A stretch of 37,577 nucleotides of DNA from Basidiobolus ranarum (Eukaryota). The translations under genes and the position numbers were made by a program. The stretch is taken from NCBI GenBank assembly GCA_040143965.1, contig JASJQH010006928.1:1-37577 (forward strand), written 5' to 3'. Position 1 is the first letter of the stretch; every line of letters begins with the position of its first letter. Below are positions 1-13,600 of this stretch, one piece after another. The notes below the pieces were generated by a model. It did not search any database and was not told where the DNA came from. It worked only from the letters and a program-made list of their open reading frames with translations.

Positions 1-21
1 CGTGACGAGAAAATTGAAAAT

Positions 22-546
22 ATGACTTCAGAGGATAAACATAAGAGCACATACCCTTCCGAATCGCCCTCTTTCCTTGAGGAAACTAATGAAGCGACAA
101 AGTCTCATCAAAAGGGAAATTCTTCTGTGAAAGAGGGAGACAGCGGCGTTTTATTCCCCTCTATTCCTTACGAAAATTCTCAAGATAGTCATAGTTCGTT
201 AAATGGCACCACGGAACCATTCGCTGAAGGGCTTATAAACTTTTTAACTCCAGTTATTCAAGAAATGGATGGTCAAATAGATTCTGTGAAATCTAGTCAG
301 TTAGAGCTTCAAAAGGTGATCGAGAGGCTCTTAAATGGTATTTAATTCATAGCTATAATTGTCACATGAAGAAATATTAACTTGAATTTATTAGAGCTTC
401 AGCTTTTTGTCGATACCAATAACCCTCCACATATACTACCGGCGGTTCAAAAACTTGTAAGTGCGCGTAAGCGACTGGTAACAGTGAACACAACATTGAA
501 GTTGGTACAAGAGCGTTTGGATAGGCTTTTGACACAAATGGAGTGA
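22..546 (+). CDS. SNAPIN: Snapin/Pallidin-like BLOC-1 subunit (2 exons: 22-337, 395-546)
   Basis: Removing a GT-AG intron at 338-394 joins ...FAEGLINFLTPVIQEMDGQIDSVKSSQLELQKVIERLLN to ELQLFVDTNNPPHILPAVQKLVSARKRLVTVNTTLKLVQERLDRLLTQME*. This coiled-coil pattern resembles Snapin. Confidence 0.75.
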
Positions 547-862
547 GTTTCCAAAATATCTTCACTTTTGAATTACTTAATTCTTTGTAAAATAAATCTC
601 ATAATTCATTTAATCTGTGTTGTGAATCGTCATCAATGATGAACATAAACTGATTTAAAGTGCGTTTAATGATAGTTTGATGCTAAGTATCACGTGGATA
701 TTGTTTATTATGAATTTTGGTGTTATTTACTATTGTTTTTGTTTACACTTGAATGATTAAATAGCAAACTTCAACTACAGTAACAAGAGACTATATTCCT
801 TTACTCTTTTACGCTGTTAAAAACATTCTACCTTAGTTCATATCATAGTTAATTCGTTTGAT

Positions 863-3730
863 ATGTCTTCTAATCCCAACGGTTCGGGTAGCGGTCAGTA
901 CCCTCGTTCTTCATCACCCCTCCTACGCCTTCCTTCTTCCCCGGGTGGAAACTTGGGTGGTGCTTCGTCACCCATGAACATGCCTTCATCACCTCCATTT
1001 GCTGCACCTGCTCCTACAAGGCGTTTCAACAATTCTCAGGGCACTGGTATGTATTATTATGAAAAATTATTCGACTATCTTTTACTCATTTATTTTAGAT
1101 GTGTCCTCTCCTCTATATTACCCGCCTTCATCTCCATACCCAAGCAGTAGTGGCGCTCGCGAGAGACACCCGTTTTCCTCAAATACAGACTCTCTTTTCA
1201 GTATGCCTAGTACACCTGATGCCTCCGGTGGCTCTAGAAGGTAAATTTCATAAGTGATACCACTTGGAGCTATAGACATTGACTTTATGTTACAAAATTT
1301 AGAATTCGTGGTGATATCCATAGTAATCAAAATCTTACTAGACAGTATGATTCAACTATGAGTGACACTCGTGAACCTTCCAGTGCTGCGGTTGGTTCAT
1401 CGCAACTTAACAGTGAGGCCGAGGGACCTGTTCGTCTGATCTGGGGTACCACCATTAATATTCAAGACGCTACCCTCACTTTCAAAAACTTCCTTCTCCA
1501 CTTTAAACGCAAGTATAGACTTCAGATGGAAGACCAGCCAGTACTGGACACCGATAACGAACCCTTTTACCCCAAGCTTCTACAACAGGTAAGTAACCTC
1601 TTCAAATCACTTAATGAGCCGCCATCTTAATTGATATTATAATAGATGAAAGACACAGAAATGTATAACCTAAACTTGGACTGTGCTAATTTACGTGCAT
1701 ATGAGCCCTCCAGAAGGCTATACCAACAACTTATTCGCTACCCTCAAGAAATCATTCCCTTAATGGATCATACCTTGTCTGAAGTGTTTCAAGACTTGTT
1801 CGAAGAAGAGGAAGTCAGTCAAATCCCATTGAAAGTTCGCCCTTTCAACCTCGAGAGCTCCGTTAATTTGCGTGAACTGAACCCATCTGATATCGATCAA
1901 CTTGTCTCTGTTAAGGGCCTGCTAATTCGAGCTACTTCTATTATCCCAGACTTGAAGCAAGCGTTTTTCCAGTGCTCCGTGTGTGAAAATACTGTCACAG
2001 TTGGAATTGATCGTGGAAAGATCGCTGAACCTACCAGATGCCCACATATCCATTGTAACTCTGCCGATACAATGTCATTGATCCACAATAGATGTCTCTA
2101 TTCCGATAAGCAAGTTGTTCGGTTGCAAGAAACACCAGATCATGTACCCGACGGTCAAACACCATACACCGTTTCTCTGTGTCTTTATGACGACTTGGTT
2201 GATGTTGTCAAGCCAGGTGATCGTCTAGAAATTACTGGAATCTACAGAACTGTCCCTGTTCGCATCAACTCTCGTCAGAGAAGTGTGAAATCGCTGTACA
2301 AGACCTATGTCGATGCCGTTCATATTAAAAAATCTAGCGACAAAAGACTGGCTGTTGATACATCTAGCTTGGTAGCTGAGAATGAGTACGTAGTTAACTA
2401 CGTTGAGGGTGATGAACTGAACAACAATCAAGTTGAGGATAATCAGGATATTTTCGAAATCTCCAAGAGACCTGACTTGTATGAGTTGTTGGCCAAATCT
2501 TTGGCTCCTAGTATTTATGAACTGGAAGATGTAAAGAAGGGAATTCTCCTTCAGCTTTTCGGTGGTTCTAACAAAACATTCAGCAAGTCTGGTGCACCAA
2601 GAACCAGAGGTGATATTAATATTCTACTTGTCGGTGACCCCGGTACAAGTAAATCTCAAATGCTTCAGTACGCTCATAAAATCGCACCTCGTGGTATTTA
2701 CACATCAGGCAAAGGATCATCAGCGGTCGGTTTAACCGCCTATATTACTAGAGATCCCGATACTAGACAAATTATCTTAGAATCTGGTGCCCTAGTTCTC
2801 AGTGACGGCGGAATCTGTTGTATCGATGAATTCGATAAAATGTCCGACTCCACCCGTTCTATTCTTCACGAAGTTATGGAACAGCAGACAGTTTCAGTAG
2901 CCAAAGCTGGAATCATCACAACTCTTAATGCTCGTACCTCTATTCTTGCGTGTGCCAATCCCATTGATTCCAAATGGAATGATCGCCTCAGTGTGGTAGA
3001 AAACATCAACCTGCTGCCTTCACTTCTCTCCAGATTCGATCTAGTGTATTTAGTACTAGATAGTGCTGACGAATTCAATGATAGACGGTTAGCCAAGCAT
3101 CTTGTCTCCTTGTATCTCGAAGATACACCGAGCACTGAAGTCAATATCCTGCCAACAACCACCCTTACCAAATACATATCCTACGCCAAAAAGAACATTC
3201 ATCCAGTCATCAGTGAGGAAGCCTCTGCCGCATTAGTTAACTCGTATGTTGAACTTCGCAAGGTCGGAGAAGATCATCGAGGAAAGAACAAACGAATTGC
3301 CGCCACTACAAGACAGCTTGAATCTATGATTCGTCTGTCTGAAGCACACGCACGTATGAGATATTCCGAAACGGTAGACGTTGCAGATGTAACCGAAGCT
3401 TCTCGACTCCTGCGTGAAGCGCTTAAAGAATCCGCCACTGACCCCACCACTGGACAACTTGATGTAGATTTACTGACAACTGGAATTAGCAGACGTCAAC
3501 GTGAAGAGACCAACGTGATGGGTAGTGAGATGCTCAAATGCTTACAAGAATTGATCAGCTACACCCGAAATGACTCCATTCGTTACGAAACTCTATTTAA
3601 GAAGTTTGCCGAGCAATCTCAGGGTCTTCGTGGTAATGAGTTTGAATTCGCACTTAGGAATTTGGAAAATAATGGATCAGTCAGCATTGTTCAACATGGT
3701 CAGCATCGTTATGTGCGCAAATTAGATTAA
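863..3730 (+). CDS. MCM4: DNA replication licensing factor MCM4 (exons 863-1046, 1099-1240, 1303-1588, 1646-3730)
   Basis: Ser/Pro-rich N-terminus, spliced RGDIH motif, IWGTTI, zinc finger (CSVC...CPHIHC), QETPDHVPDGQTP, Walker A GDPGTSKSQ, IDEFDKM and the SRFD arginine finger. Three GT-AG introns keep the frame. Confidence 0.97.
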
Positions 3731-4044
3731 ATCGTATTGAACACGAAATGCAATCTGGTTTTTATTGCTGGAATAGAGTATTTTCAGTTTCTAAACCTTG
3801 TGTAGATTTTTCCTTATCAGTCGGATCTGTTTTATAATTTTCGTCAGTTACTCAAGCTTATTTTTAAAATTCAATTAAATGTACTACCTTGAAATTAGCC
3901 TTGATTAGCCACCTATTAATGTTTGATTGAGCTTATGTCCAAGCACATATTGTATGGTTTAATTTAAGATGACTTTGTTTGTGCATTCTGGACAAACAAG
4001 CTATACAATAGTGCTTCAACGCAAATTAGGTATTTCTCTTTTCT

Positions 4045-4117
4045 GTATCCTTCCATAATATAGCATTCGTATCCTTCCATAATATAGCATTCGTATCCTT
4101 CCATAATATAGCATTCG
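4045..4117. repeat. Perfect tandem repeat, 3 x 24 bp (GTATCCTTCCATAATATAGCATTC)
   Basis: Identical copies at 4045, 4069 and 4093. Confidence 0.95.
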
Positions 4118-4286
4118 CCAGCAGGGACGAGACTAACTTCATTAACAATGCAGACGACTATGCCAAATTTGATATGTTCCTCCCAATTTAGAAAGTGCAA
4201 TTAATTCTCTTATCCAATGATATTCAAGCCAATATTCCAATTTCTAAATTGAATAGCCGTCGATCTCAGGATGCAGCATAGGCTTG

Positions 4287-4414
4287 TAACCCTAACCCTG
4301 ACGCGAAGGTTTCTCTGCTCTTGCTTTGTCCCTACAACCCTGTGCTCAAACACATCACGTAGATAGGCTCAATGTTGGTAATCCATCCATTCGTACCCTA
4401 ACCCCAAACCCTGA
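4287..4414. promoter_or_regulatory. Short telomere-like (CCCTAA) motifs upstream of RasGEF-1
   Basis: TAACCCTAACCCTG at 4287-4300 and ACCCTAACCCCAAACCCTGA at 4395-4414. A regulatory role is inferred only. Confidence 0.35.
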
Positions 4415-5115
4415 CTACCACTAAAAATATCCGTAAATAATAATTGGGATTGTGGAACTGAGCCTGGATACCGTTCCTTAAATCTCTCCCCACCTAGTTT
4501 GGATACTGGTCTTAGTTTGCCATCTTTTCTAATATCGCTGATTTTTTGGTCCTCCCCAGGTCTAATCCTGTTATTCTTTTGTTTTCTTTTAACCTATTTT
4601 CCAACCATAGTGCTTTCATTTCCTCTTGAACACCTCACCTCACTCAAACCCCCCTTTTAGGTGTTTGAGGTTAAACTTTATACGTAGATATCATTCAGGG
4701 CTCTTAGAATTGAACATATCTTTCCAATTATCTACTTTTGTTCAACTGTCTCTACGTACCCCTTTTATTGTATCTAGGTAAAGAAACTACTGTCTTCTTT
4801 CTAGAGAAGAGTAGGCTTTATATTTCTTTCAACTTGTTCATTTGTTTTACATACGTTCACTACCTTGGCCACTAATTTAGAGTCTTCATTATAACACTTT
4901 ATGATATCTATCGAATAACGACCTTACCACAATTAGTTATATTTCCTATCTTGGCCTATACAATATTAGTCTAAACACAACCGACACACGCACATATACA
5001 TTAACCCAAAGACGCCTCTTTCTCAAAAGTAAGGAACTATTTTGCGGAGGAACATTGAAGCCCATCAAGTACTTCACTAGTAAAGTGGGAATTGTAAAGT
5101 TCAAATCTATCGCAA

Positions 5116-8100
5116 ATGAGTGTTCCGGTAGTTGCTATTGAAATCCCACGGGAGATGCAGACAGAATACCCTTATATATCACCAGGAGTAGAGAGCCCAT
5201 ATAGAAGGCTGACCAAATGCGGCTCCGTTCATTCCACACACAGTAACTCTAGCTTTCTTACCATTAACTCTTATTCATGCGAGATAAAAACTGTCACTTG
5301 GGAGAGTTTACTGTCAGATATAGAGAGTTCAATCAACAATTTAGAAAGAAATGGATATGTCAGACAAGTACGTAAAGTGGTGTTCAGTATTCGACAGACA
5401 CTTCTGGCTTCTGATACGCTACACTGGGGTTCAGAAGCGCTACAGCATCGAGATCTTTCCAATCAACTGCATAAAGTGGTCGGAGAGGTTAATTGGTTAG
5501 TGGTGATCTGTAAATTGGCAGAGAGTATCTGGCCTCCAAGTGATATTATTGTCAAACTTCGATCACAATCGAAGCTTCTTCTTGATTCCATAGGCTACTT
5601 TTCCATCTTAGCTAAGCAGCATCAAATCTCTCTGCAGCCAGTTCCCATTGGTGATGGCGGTGGCTCAATATACCAACAAAGTAATTATTCTAGTGAATCA
5701 ATCTTTCGTAAAGAAATCAGTTTACAAGGAGCTAGTTATAGTGAAGAAGAATTCATCAATCAGCTGGATTTGTTTGCTGAATTTATCATCTCCAAAGTCT
5801 CTAAAGTGGCCAAGTCTGCGAATCGACTTTCCTTAGACGCTCATTGTGCTGGTGAACTTGTTGATCAAATTTGTCAGACCGTAGACGCAATCGGCCAGTT
5901 GCTCTCTTTGATTGAGAGCATGAATGTACCGATTCCCGACGATCCCATCCTCTCTGATATCTCTCCTAAAGTATTGGAGCTACACAGTTCATTTCTCGAA
6001 AAGAAAGCGAACATGTACAATGATGCGAATCAGCTGGTTACCAGAGCGCGTTCCTTACTGCTTGATTTTGTACGGGAGAATGCCAATGCACCCATGACAG
6101 TCCATGTCATGCGAGTGTTAGTCTCCTCGGAAGAATTGGTGATGAGCACAAAGTGCTTGCTTAGTGAGAAAGAGTTTGTTGCGAGGATTAGTCTACTGGA
6201 TGACGAAAGATCTGAATCTGAGCTGGAAATGCTCAAACGACGGGCCACTAGTCTAAAAAACTTGAAAGAGGAAGAGCAGTTTGACAGTGATTGGGATGAG
6301 GAGGCGACGGAGGGAGGACATCCCGTAAGGCTTGGTAAAACTGGTGATTTTGATGGTAGCGCCGTTGGAAGAAATAGTACGCGTTCCTCTAGTTTTTCTT
6401 CCACCTCGTCGGTTTGGAGCACTCATACAAATGATGAGCCACATCCCGGCAAAGAAGAGGTGTCAAAGTATTTTCAGTGCTCCTCTGTAGAAGATTTGGG
6501 GCGCTACCCTGGGCCAAGAAGACGTGCTCCTTCAGAAGAAGGCCCAAAGCCAACTTATCTTCAAAGTGGTGTTGGACGCGATAATCGAATGTTCCGATTG
6601 GGTAACTTCTCAGCTCAAACAATTCATGTATGCGAGTCGCCCACTAGCACTGAACCATCAAGTTCTTTGCCAATGCGTCCAATGACTGAAATAGCTCAGC
6701 AAAAACCCAGAAAGCAATCGGTTTTTGATTTTCGCAAACCCCCCGGACCTTCCAATCAAGCACCAGCGACTATTTCGTCCAAACTGTCATTTTCACTCGG
6801 TTTCAATACAACCAGAAGACCATCGTTACCAGCGACTCTGACAACAGGTTTATTTTCCTCCAACAGTAATGAAAAGCCACAGAAACAACGTATGGGTAAG
6901 TTATCCAGCAGCACTTGTGTTCCAATGATTAGTATTGATGCTGTCGCTTCTAGGATTTTTCCGTAAACGATCGTTCTTCGACCTTTCAGGAAAAAAGGAC
7001 TTGGCCTCAGAGCATAGCGAATCCAAGGAAAATCATGTAAACTATTTCCTGCTTATTCTTGACAAAATATATGAGACTAAATTTCCCTAGGAGGTACGCG
7101 ATTGGTACCTTGGTTACGATTACTCCAGTGAGGAAATTGTCTTCAATAACGAAGGCCAATTAATCGGTGGCACGATCCAAGTACTCGTTGAAAGGCTGAC
7201 ATTACACGACACTTCTATCGGTGGGTTCGTTTGCTAGTTTATTTCCAATATCTGACAACTAAACCGCATCTGTGTGTAGATTCTGATTTCGTGAATGTAT
7301 TTTTACTTACATTCCGAAACTTCTGCTACCCAAACATCTTCTGTCAATTGCTGATGGCCAGGTTCAATTTGAGCCCACCGCAAGCGCTGACTTCAACACA
7401 GTATCGCATTTGGAACGAACGTAAACTCACTCCTATTCGCCTTAGGTATCTTCGACAATTTCTTGTCCACATTTCGAAGAATATTGCTTATTGATCCTTG
7501 CTTATTGATTACAGAGTCCACAATATCCTTAAAACTTGGCTGGAATCATATTTTTACGAGGATGAAGACTACCAATGCTTGGGACCAATTCTAAATTTGG
7601 CCCAGAATGAAATGAAGACTATCATGCCATTGCCCGCTGAAAGACTAGTTAAACTTATCAAAGAAAAGGTAAGGCCATCGTAGGCAACAACAGTATTTTC
7701 CCTCCGAACTAACCTCTGTTATAGATGGAACTAACGAAGAAGATTGAAAAATTACCCGTCAATACGGGATCGTTACGTCTAAAGAACTCTAAATCCGTCG
7801 GGAGACTTATAGCAGCGGCCGCAGCTCAAGTACCCGACTCACCCCCACCTATGACATTGCTCATGAAGTCCACATTGGACATGCTCTCAGCTGGACAAAA
7901 TATTCCTTTGGTTGATATCGATCCTACTGAGATTGCAAGGCAGCTAACCATTATGGAAAATGGCCTGTTCTGCTCCATCCGGCCACATGAACTTATTGGG
8001 CAGGAGTTTTCCAAGAAAGAAGACAGTCTCTCTTTTAATGTGAGACAAATGTCCAAGATGAGTACTAAAGTAAGTCACATTGATGAACATTTCGCACCTC

Positions 8101-8911
8101 AAGTATTCTAATATTCTCTGCTTTTAAGACTACGGAATGGGTGGTGTACAGTATTATTCAAGAAGAAAACATCCGACACCGCTTAGATCTTCTTCGCTAC
8201 TTTATTCGTCTAGCTGAGGTATATAGTCTAGCAACACTCTCGTCCAACAATCCACCACTAACAATACTTATACATAGAAATGCTGTGACTTGAACAATTT
8301 CCAGTCGTTAATGGCGATTATGTGTGGCTTGAACTTGTCAATGGTATCAAGATTGAAGCGAACTTGGAGTGTAAGTCGTGTGACTCTGCCACTTTCCCAT
8401 GCTACATTCTCATCCTATTATTTATTCCCGCTCTAGCTTCTGCCCAGCAAGTATGAAGCGTTAGTTGATCGTCTACGCCATATAACCGATCATAACCGAA
8501 ACTATTATGAATACCGTAAACAGATCAAGCAGGCGGCTTTACCCTGTTTACCGTTTATGGGTATGTCTATTAGCTTGAGATCACTTTCTATATTTACTGA
8601 CCGTCTTTGCAGGAGTCTATCTGACTGATTTAACTTTCATGGATGATGGGAACCCGTCTTTCCGACGTACCGATCTACAAGTGATTAATTTCAGTAAACA
8701 TGTAAAAACTGTTAGAATAATTCAAGAGATCCAAAGATTCCAAGTCCCGTACAACCTAGCACCTGTACCATCCTTGCAATCCTATCTTACCCAACAAATC
8801 GACCTTTCTTCAGGCTGGAATCCAGAAGAGTTGTATGAGATTAGCTTGAAGCGAGAGCCCAGGAAGGAGGTGCTGTTGGTATGCCAACAGAATAGAGCTA
8901 ACTCGAATTAG
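5116..8911 (+). CDS. Cdc25-type Ras guanine-nucleotide exchange factor, copy 1 (no SH3/WW seen; about 10 exons)
   Basis: N-terminal helical region with IWPP, REM domain (DWYLGYDY...GGTIQVLVERLTLHD...FLLTFRNF...ILKTWLESYF) and CDC25 domain (DPTEIARQLT, LNNFQSLMAI, PCLPFMGVYLTDLTFMDDGNP, INFSK). Frame-preserving introns include 6895-6953, 8070-8128, 8219-8277, 8371-8436 and 8561-8612. The exact C-terminus is uncertain. Confidence 0.92.
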
Positions 8912-10662
8912 TATTTGAATGTTGATATTCGAACTGGCTGGTGTTTAAAATCATAATTCCCATCCCCTTTTTCTCTAGAGATTTTATCGTTTATTTCCTC
9001 ACGCTACCTGTGTGTTCTTTTTTCTGTCTAACAAAGCCCCGATATGTATGCCGAAGTTCTAAGAAGAAATGGCCATGTACACCGCTCCTAAGCCCTTTCC
9101 CCATTCATATTCATACCACTTATTATTTATTTCGTTCTTTTTAATTGTACAATTTTAAATCAGCCGACTTTCCTCTAAATTTGAGAGGGTATCATTCCAA
9201 TTCTGACAGCATTGCCAACATTCATGAGACAAGCAGTAACAACTCCAATATCAATATAAGAATCCCATTAATCCTAATGCACACATCTCGCCAATACTAT
9301 TAGGATAGGAGATCATGAGGCGTTGCTCCTTACCAACTATTAATTGAATGCAGGCCATTTTTAATACAACCCTAACACTCCTAAAGAGAGGTCCATGTTC
9401 GCGCAATCAAACAACAATTCAGGTTTGAGCACCAATTCTTGTCGGTCCTGCAGGGCCAATAAAGACCACCTTTGATGCAGCCAACTAGGATTTACAAGAC
9501 ATTCAGTTCAGAATTCGCTTAGTCAGATGCCCACCAAATGTAGAATCTAGGAATTCCAACAATCTCCGATTCAGTTGGAAATCTACCAACTCTTAATGCT
9601 CAATTTTTTTGTCCAAGTACTCGACACCACCGTAGGGATGCAGATAGGGCGTTTGGATAAATATCGTATTGCTGATGAGGAGCAGTACTGAAATTTCCCG
9701 ATTAATTTCCATGATGGGCTTGTTTGTCAGCACAAAGCTGCCTATACATCTCTACATATCAACAAAATGGCAATCATATTGCACTCGAATTCACCGATAG
9801 AAATTGTGCCATTCTGCATACCATTCTGCCACTGTTCATGCCAGCTTACGCAGTAAGATATCACTGGCTTCGATTGTATTGACCACAAATCTTGAAAATA
9901 TCCCGAGAATTCCAATTGTTTGTTGTAATTTCACGGAATTTATGCGTTACGTCGCAAAACAACACCATTATGAAAGGGGGACAGTTCCTAAAGTGCTGAA
10001 ATTTACATATTTGGGATCCTGTTGGCAGTTGAGTTCACCCCTTTTTACAACGACCACCTTTCTGCAAGATAGTAAACAGCTCTACTGCACAAGCAAACAT
10101 GTTGCTTTTGATATGCTGCCTATCTTAACGGGAAGTTCGTTCTGTCTGCTCATATTGTTATCGGTTTCTTAGATTTCTACTCGCTATGCAGCTCTCTATT
10201 TAACCTCGATTCGCAGACAAACAATAAAACGCTAGTTGCATGTGACTTATGAAAATCCTTCATCTTTTAAAGTACCTAAAATTCTACAGCAAAGTAGGAA
10301 ACATCAGGGATTAGATGAATATTTCTATTGGTTTGTTAAACAAATAGATTTCGAAATGAAACCTCAATTTATCACACCATGAACAGATCTTCGTTGATTG
10401 CCTACTATATAATCAAACCCTTGAATGTTTGAGGAATGCTGCATTGAAAACTTATTTAAGAACAGCATTTGAAGAACGCATCTCATTTTTGGTCACCAAC
10501 CTTCATCCATTCTTTGCCTCCATTTCTTTGATCTTGAGTATCTTCACTGGCCGTCTACATCTCACTATCCCCTACGTTATTGGTACTCATCGTAGACTGG
10601 GATTTCTATTTTATTTTCTGCGTCAGTTTAAAGAGATAAATCTATTATTGCACTGAGAACGA

Positions 10663-13600
10663 ATGGAAGACGATTATCTCGGGTCAAGTAAGGTGTTGGT
10701 GCGGACTTTGGTTGATTATGTGCCTACCTATAACGCATGTCTGCCCTTCAAGCAAGGGCAACTGATTCACGTTCACAACAAAGACGACTCTGGTTGGTGG
10801 GACGGAACGTGTAACGGATTAAGAGGTTGGTTTCCCAGCAGCTATGTAATATCTATCGAAGAGGTAGAGAGTCAAGATAATCCATTTAATTTAAGCCACT
10901 TCAATCAGGTATGCATACAGTTACATTCCCTGATATTAAATTATAAACTAACATTCTGTTTGAATGCAGTCACCTGACACAGATGCATCCAGCATTGCAT
11001 CTTTTATATGTGAATCCGACTTTACTATACCAAAGCCAGTAACCAACGAAAGTGACACTGATTACGATTCGGTTGGAAACGTATCAGATGTGGCTTTAGA
11101 AGTATATAACTCACCAGATACTTCAACAAAAGAATACGCTTTCCCAGCAGCGCAACAGGTAAGTTTGGCTTCAGCATATCATCCTATGGAAACCCTGTGT
11201 CTAACCAGCGAATAATGGACTTTAGCTTCCCGAATATTGGCATACCAAAATCACTTCTCAAGGGCAGAGGTACTATTATAATGTAATTACAAATGACACT
11301 GCCTGGAACGTATCCGAATGTAACACCGTAAATAAGTCAACAAAGGTGAGTGAAATAAATAGATGCATGCGCCTTCTTGCGAACTGACATTTGATCTTGA
11401 TGCTAAAATCCTTTTGTCTTCAAACAGACTTCTCAAATAGCCAATTTGGATCACATAGTCTCTGATGTGTCCAAAGATTTCATGCCAAGTAACATGCTAT
11501 CCCCTGTCCCCACATGGGATTTCTTGGTCCAAAGTATTTATCAATCTTTTTCCGAACTCAACGAATCCATTAAAAATTACGAACGTGTAACCTATGGACA
11601 CTGTACTGAGACAATTATCGAGACAGTCAGGAATTTACTTCTCTCTACTGGGTCCATCTGTTGGGAGTCTGAAGCAGCAATTGAAAATAAGAAGTTGCGC
11701 CCATACCAAAACAGTGTCATTGCTTCATTGAGTCAACTAGTATTAACTTCAAAGATAGCTAGCGGGATATGGCCCCCACCTGATGTCGAAAATAAAATGT
11801 GCCAACAAGCGCGACAAGTGCTTCTAGCGGTCCGTAGCTTTGTCAATATTGGACGTGATTTGAACCTGGATCTCCGACCCAACGTAATGCATGCTAATGG
11901 AATCGATTCAAATAGCGAATTCCCGACAAACGTTGAACTGAATGATTTAGAGTTTATAGAACAATTGGATGAAAATTATCTGAAGATCTCGCGAGAAGTA
12001 CAGAACTTGAAAACTCACATATCCTCGGACGCCATAGATTCTGATACCTTGAACTCCCTCGTGAAGAACCTGGTCCACATTGTGGGACAGATTCTTTCCC
12101 TAGTAGAAGACCTTGTAGAGTTGAATTTCGATCATGGTAACTCGGATCTTTACAAAAGAATGAGTGATCAAATTCATTACTTGCGCGTGATAAAGGAAAC
12201 GATGAAAAATGGCGTGAATGACTTGATAACTAATGCAGGTAATGCACTGGATCAATTCGCACCTGAGGATTGCATCAAACGCCTTTATGACTCTGCTCAA
12301 TCTCTTCAAGAAATCGCCGAGGAAATTCTCAAAAGTACAAAGTTGACGGTTGACCTCAAAGAGCGTATCGAACAGACGCTACTCCAAGAAGACATCGAAT
12401 CATTCCATGAGGATAACATCGAGGATTCAGATTACTGGGTGTTGAAAAGAAAAGTCAAAAGCCTGAACCTTGTAAGGAGTCGTTCTGATTCCACCTCGTC
12501 CTCTCCAGGCACTCCCCATGTCTTTGTAATTGATCCATCGGAAATTGAATCGATGCCAAAGCTACCTTCTTTACAAAACCTATTCAGCTCGGAGACATAC
12601 TCTTCGCCACTGGAAAGTCCAACAGATGACGACTCCAAGCATCGTATTCCTGAGCCTCTTCAATTCTCTAAAAAAGCTTGTTCTGACCCAGGCACAAGCC
12701 ATATAAACATAAAAGAACAAGGTAAACTACCAGAAACATTGATACGAAAAGACCTTCCACAGGGAGTTGATATGAACGGGCCAGTTGACGCTAAACGAAT
12801 GTCGAATGCCAAAATTTTGAAATTCTTTGGAGTGGAATCTACTGTGAACGCTAAAGAGATACCTCAAAAGGTAATTTATATGCAGAAATATAATTCGTGT
12901 CTGTTTTTACATTTCCACTAAATTCTTGTTTCCAGCGACCTGATGATTGGTTCCTTGCTTACGACTACAAACCTGGAGAGATCACCAGGAATGCTACTGG
13001 ACAGATAAACGGTGGAACATGGGAAGCATTAGTAGAACAACTAACTCTTCATGATACTGCTATAGGTAATATTGAATAGAATCTGATGTTCAAGAGTCTT
13101 AACTAATCCTGATCTTGATCGGAATAGATACCGAATTCACCAATACGTTTCTACTTGCGTTCCGATCTTTCTCAAGCCCGATGAAATTTTGTAATCAGTT
13201 GATAGCACGTTTTGATTTGAAACCACCCGCGAACTTAACTGAAGAGGAGTTGAATCTGTTCAATGAGAAGAAACTCAAGCCAATTCGTATTAGGTTGGTG
13301 CTTTCTATGATCTCTGCCACCAAGATAAAGCCCTCTAATTTTAATAATTTAGAATCTTCAATATCATGAAGTACTGGTTGGAGTCATATTTCTTCTATGA
13401 TCAAGATTATATTTGCTTGGAAACGCTTTTTCAATTCGCCAACTGTACCCTAACCCAAGGTCTACCGGTAGCTGCGAAGAAACGCTTGATCGTCCTATTA
13501 GAACAGAAAAAGGTATACTTAGACCTCTTTTTTATAGCTACTTGGCCATTAAATACTAACCGCATTTTACTCTTAGTCACGAAAGCCCACCAAAATATCG

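Noticed and set aside
1897-3457. Antisense and alternative-frame ORFs inside MCM4 (and likewise in the RasGEFs and subtilase)
   Set aside because: Shadow ORFs of real coding sequence with no independent motifs.
4045-4117. CRISPR-like array
   Set aside because: The repeats abut with no spacers, and the context is eukaryotic.
3964-4200. Minus-strand ORF with ECYIMEGY repeats
   Set aside because: It is a translation of the 24-bp tandem repeat, starts at a non-ATG codon and has no other coding support.
7446-7514. Possible U12-type intron in RasGEF copy 1 (donor GTATCTTC)
   Set aside because: The donor deviates from GTATCCTT, there is no TCCTTRAY branch site, and the equivalent intron in copy 2 is ordinary (GTTGGT).
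9804-10656. ORFs 9804-10172 and 10429-10656
   Set aside because: Non-ATG starts and no recognisable domains; probably promoter or 5' UTR of RasGEF copy 2.
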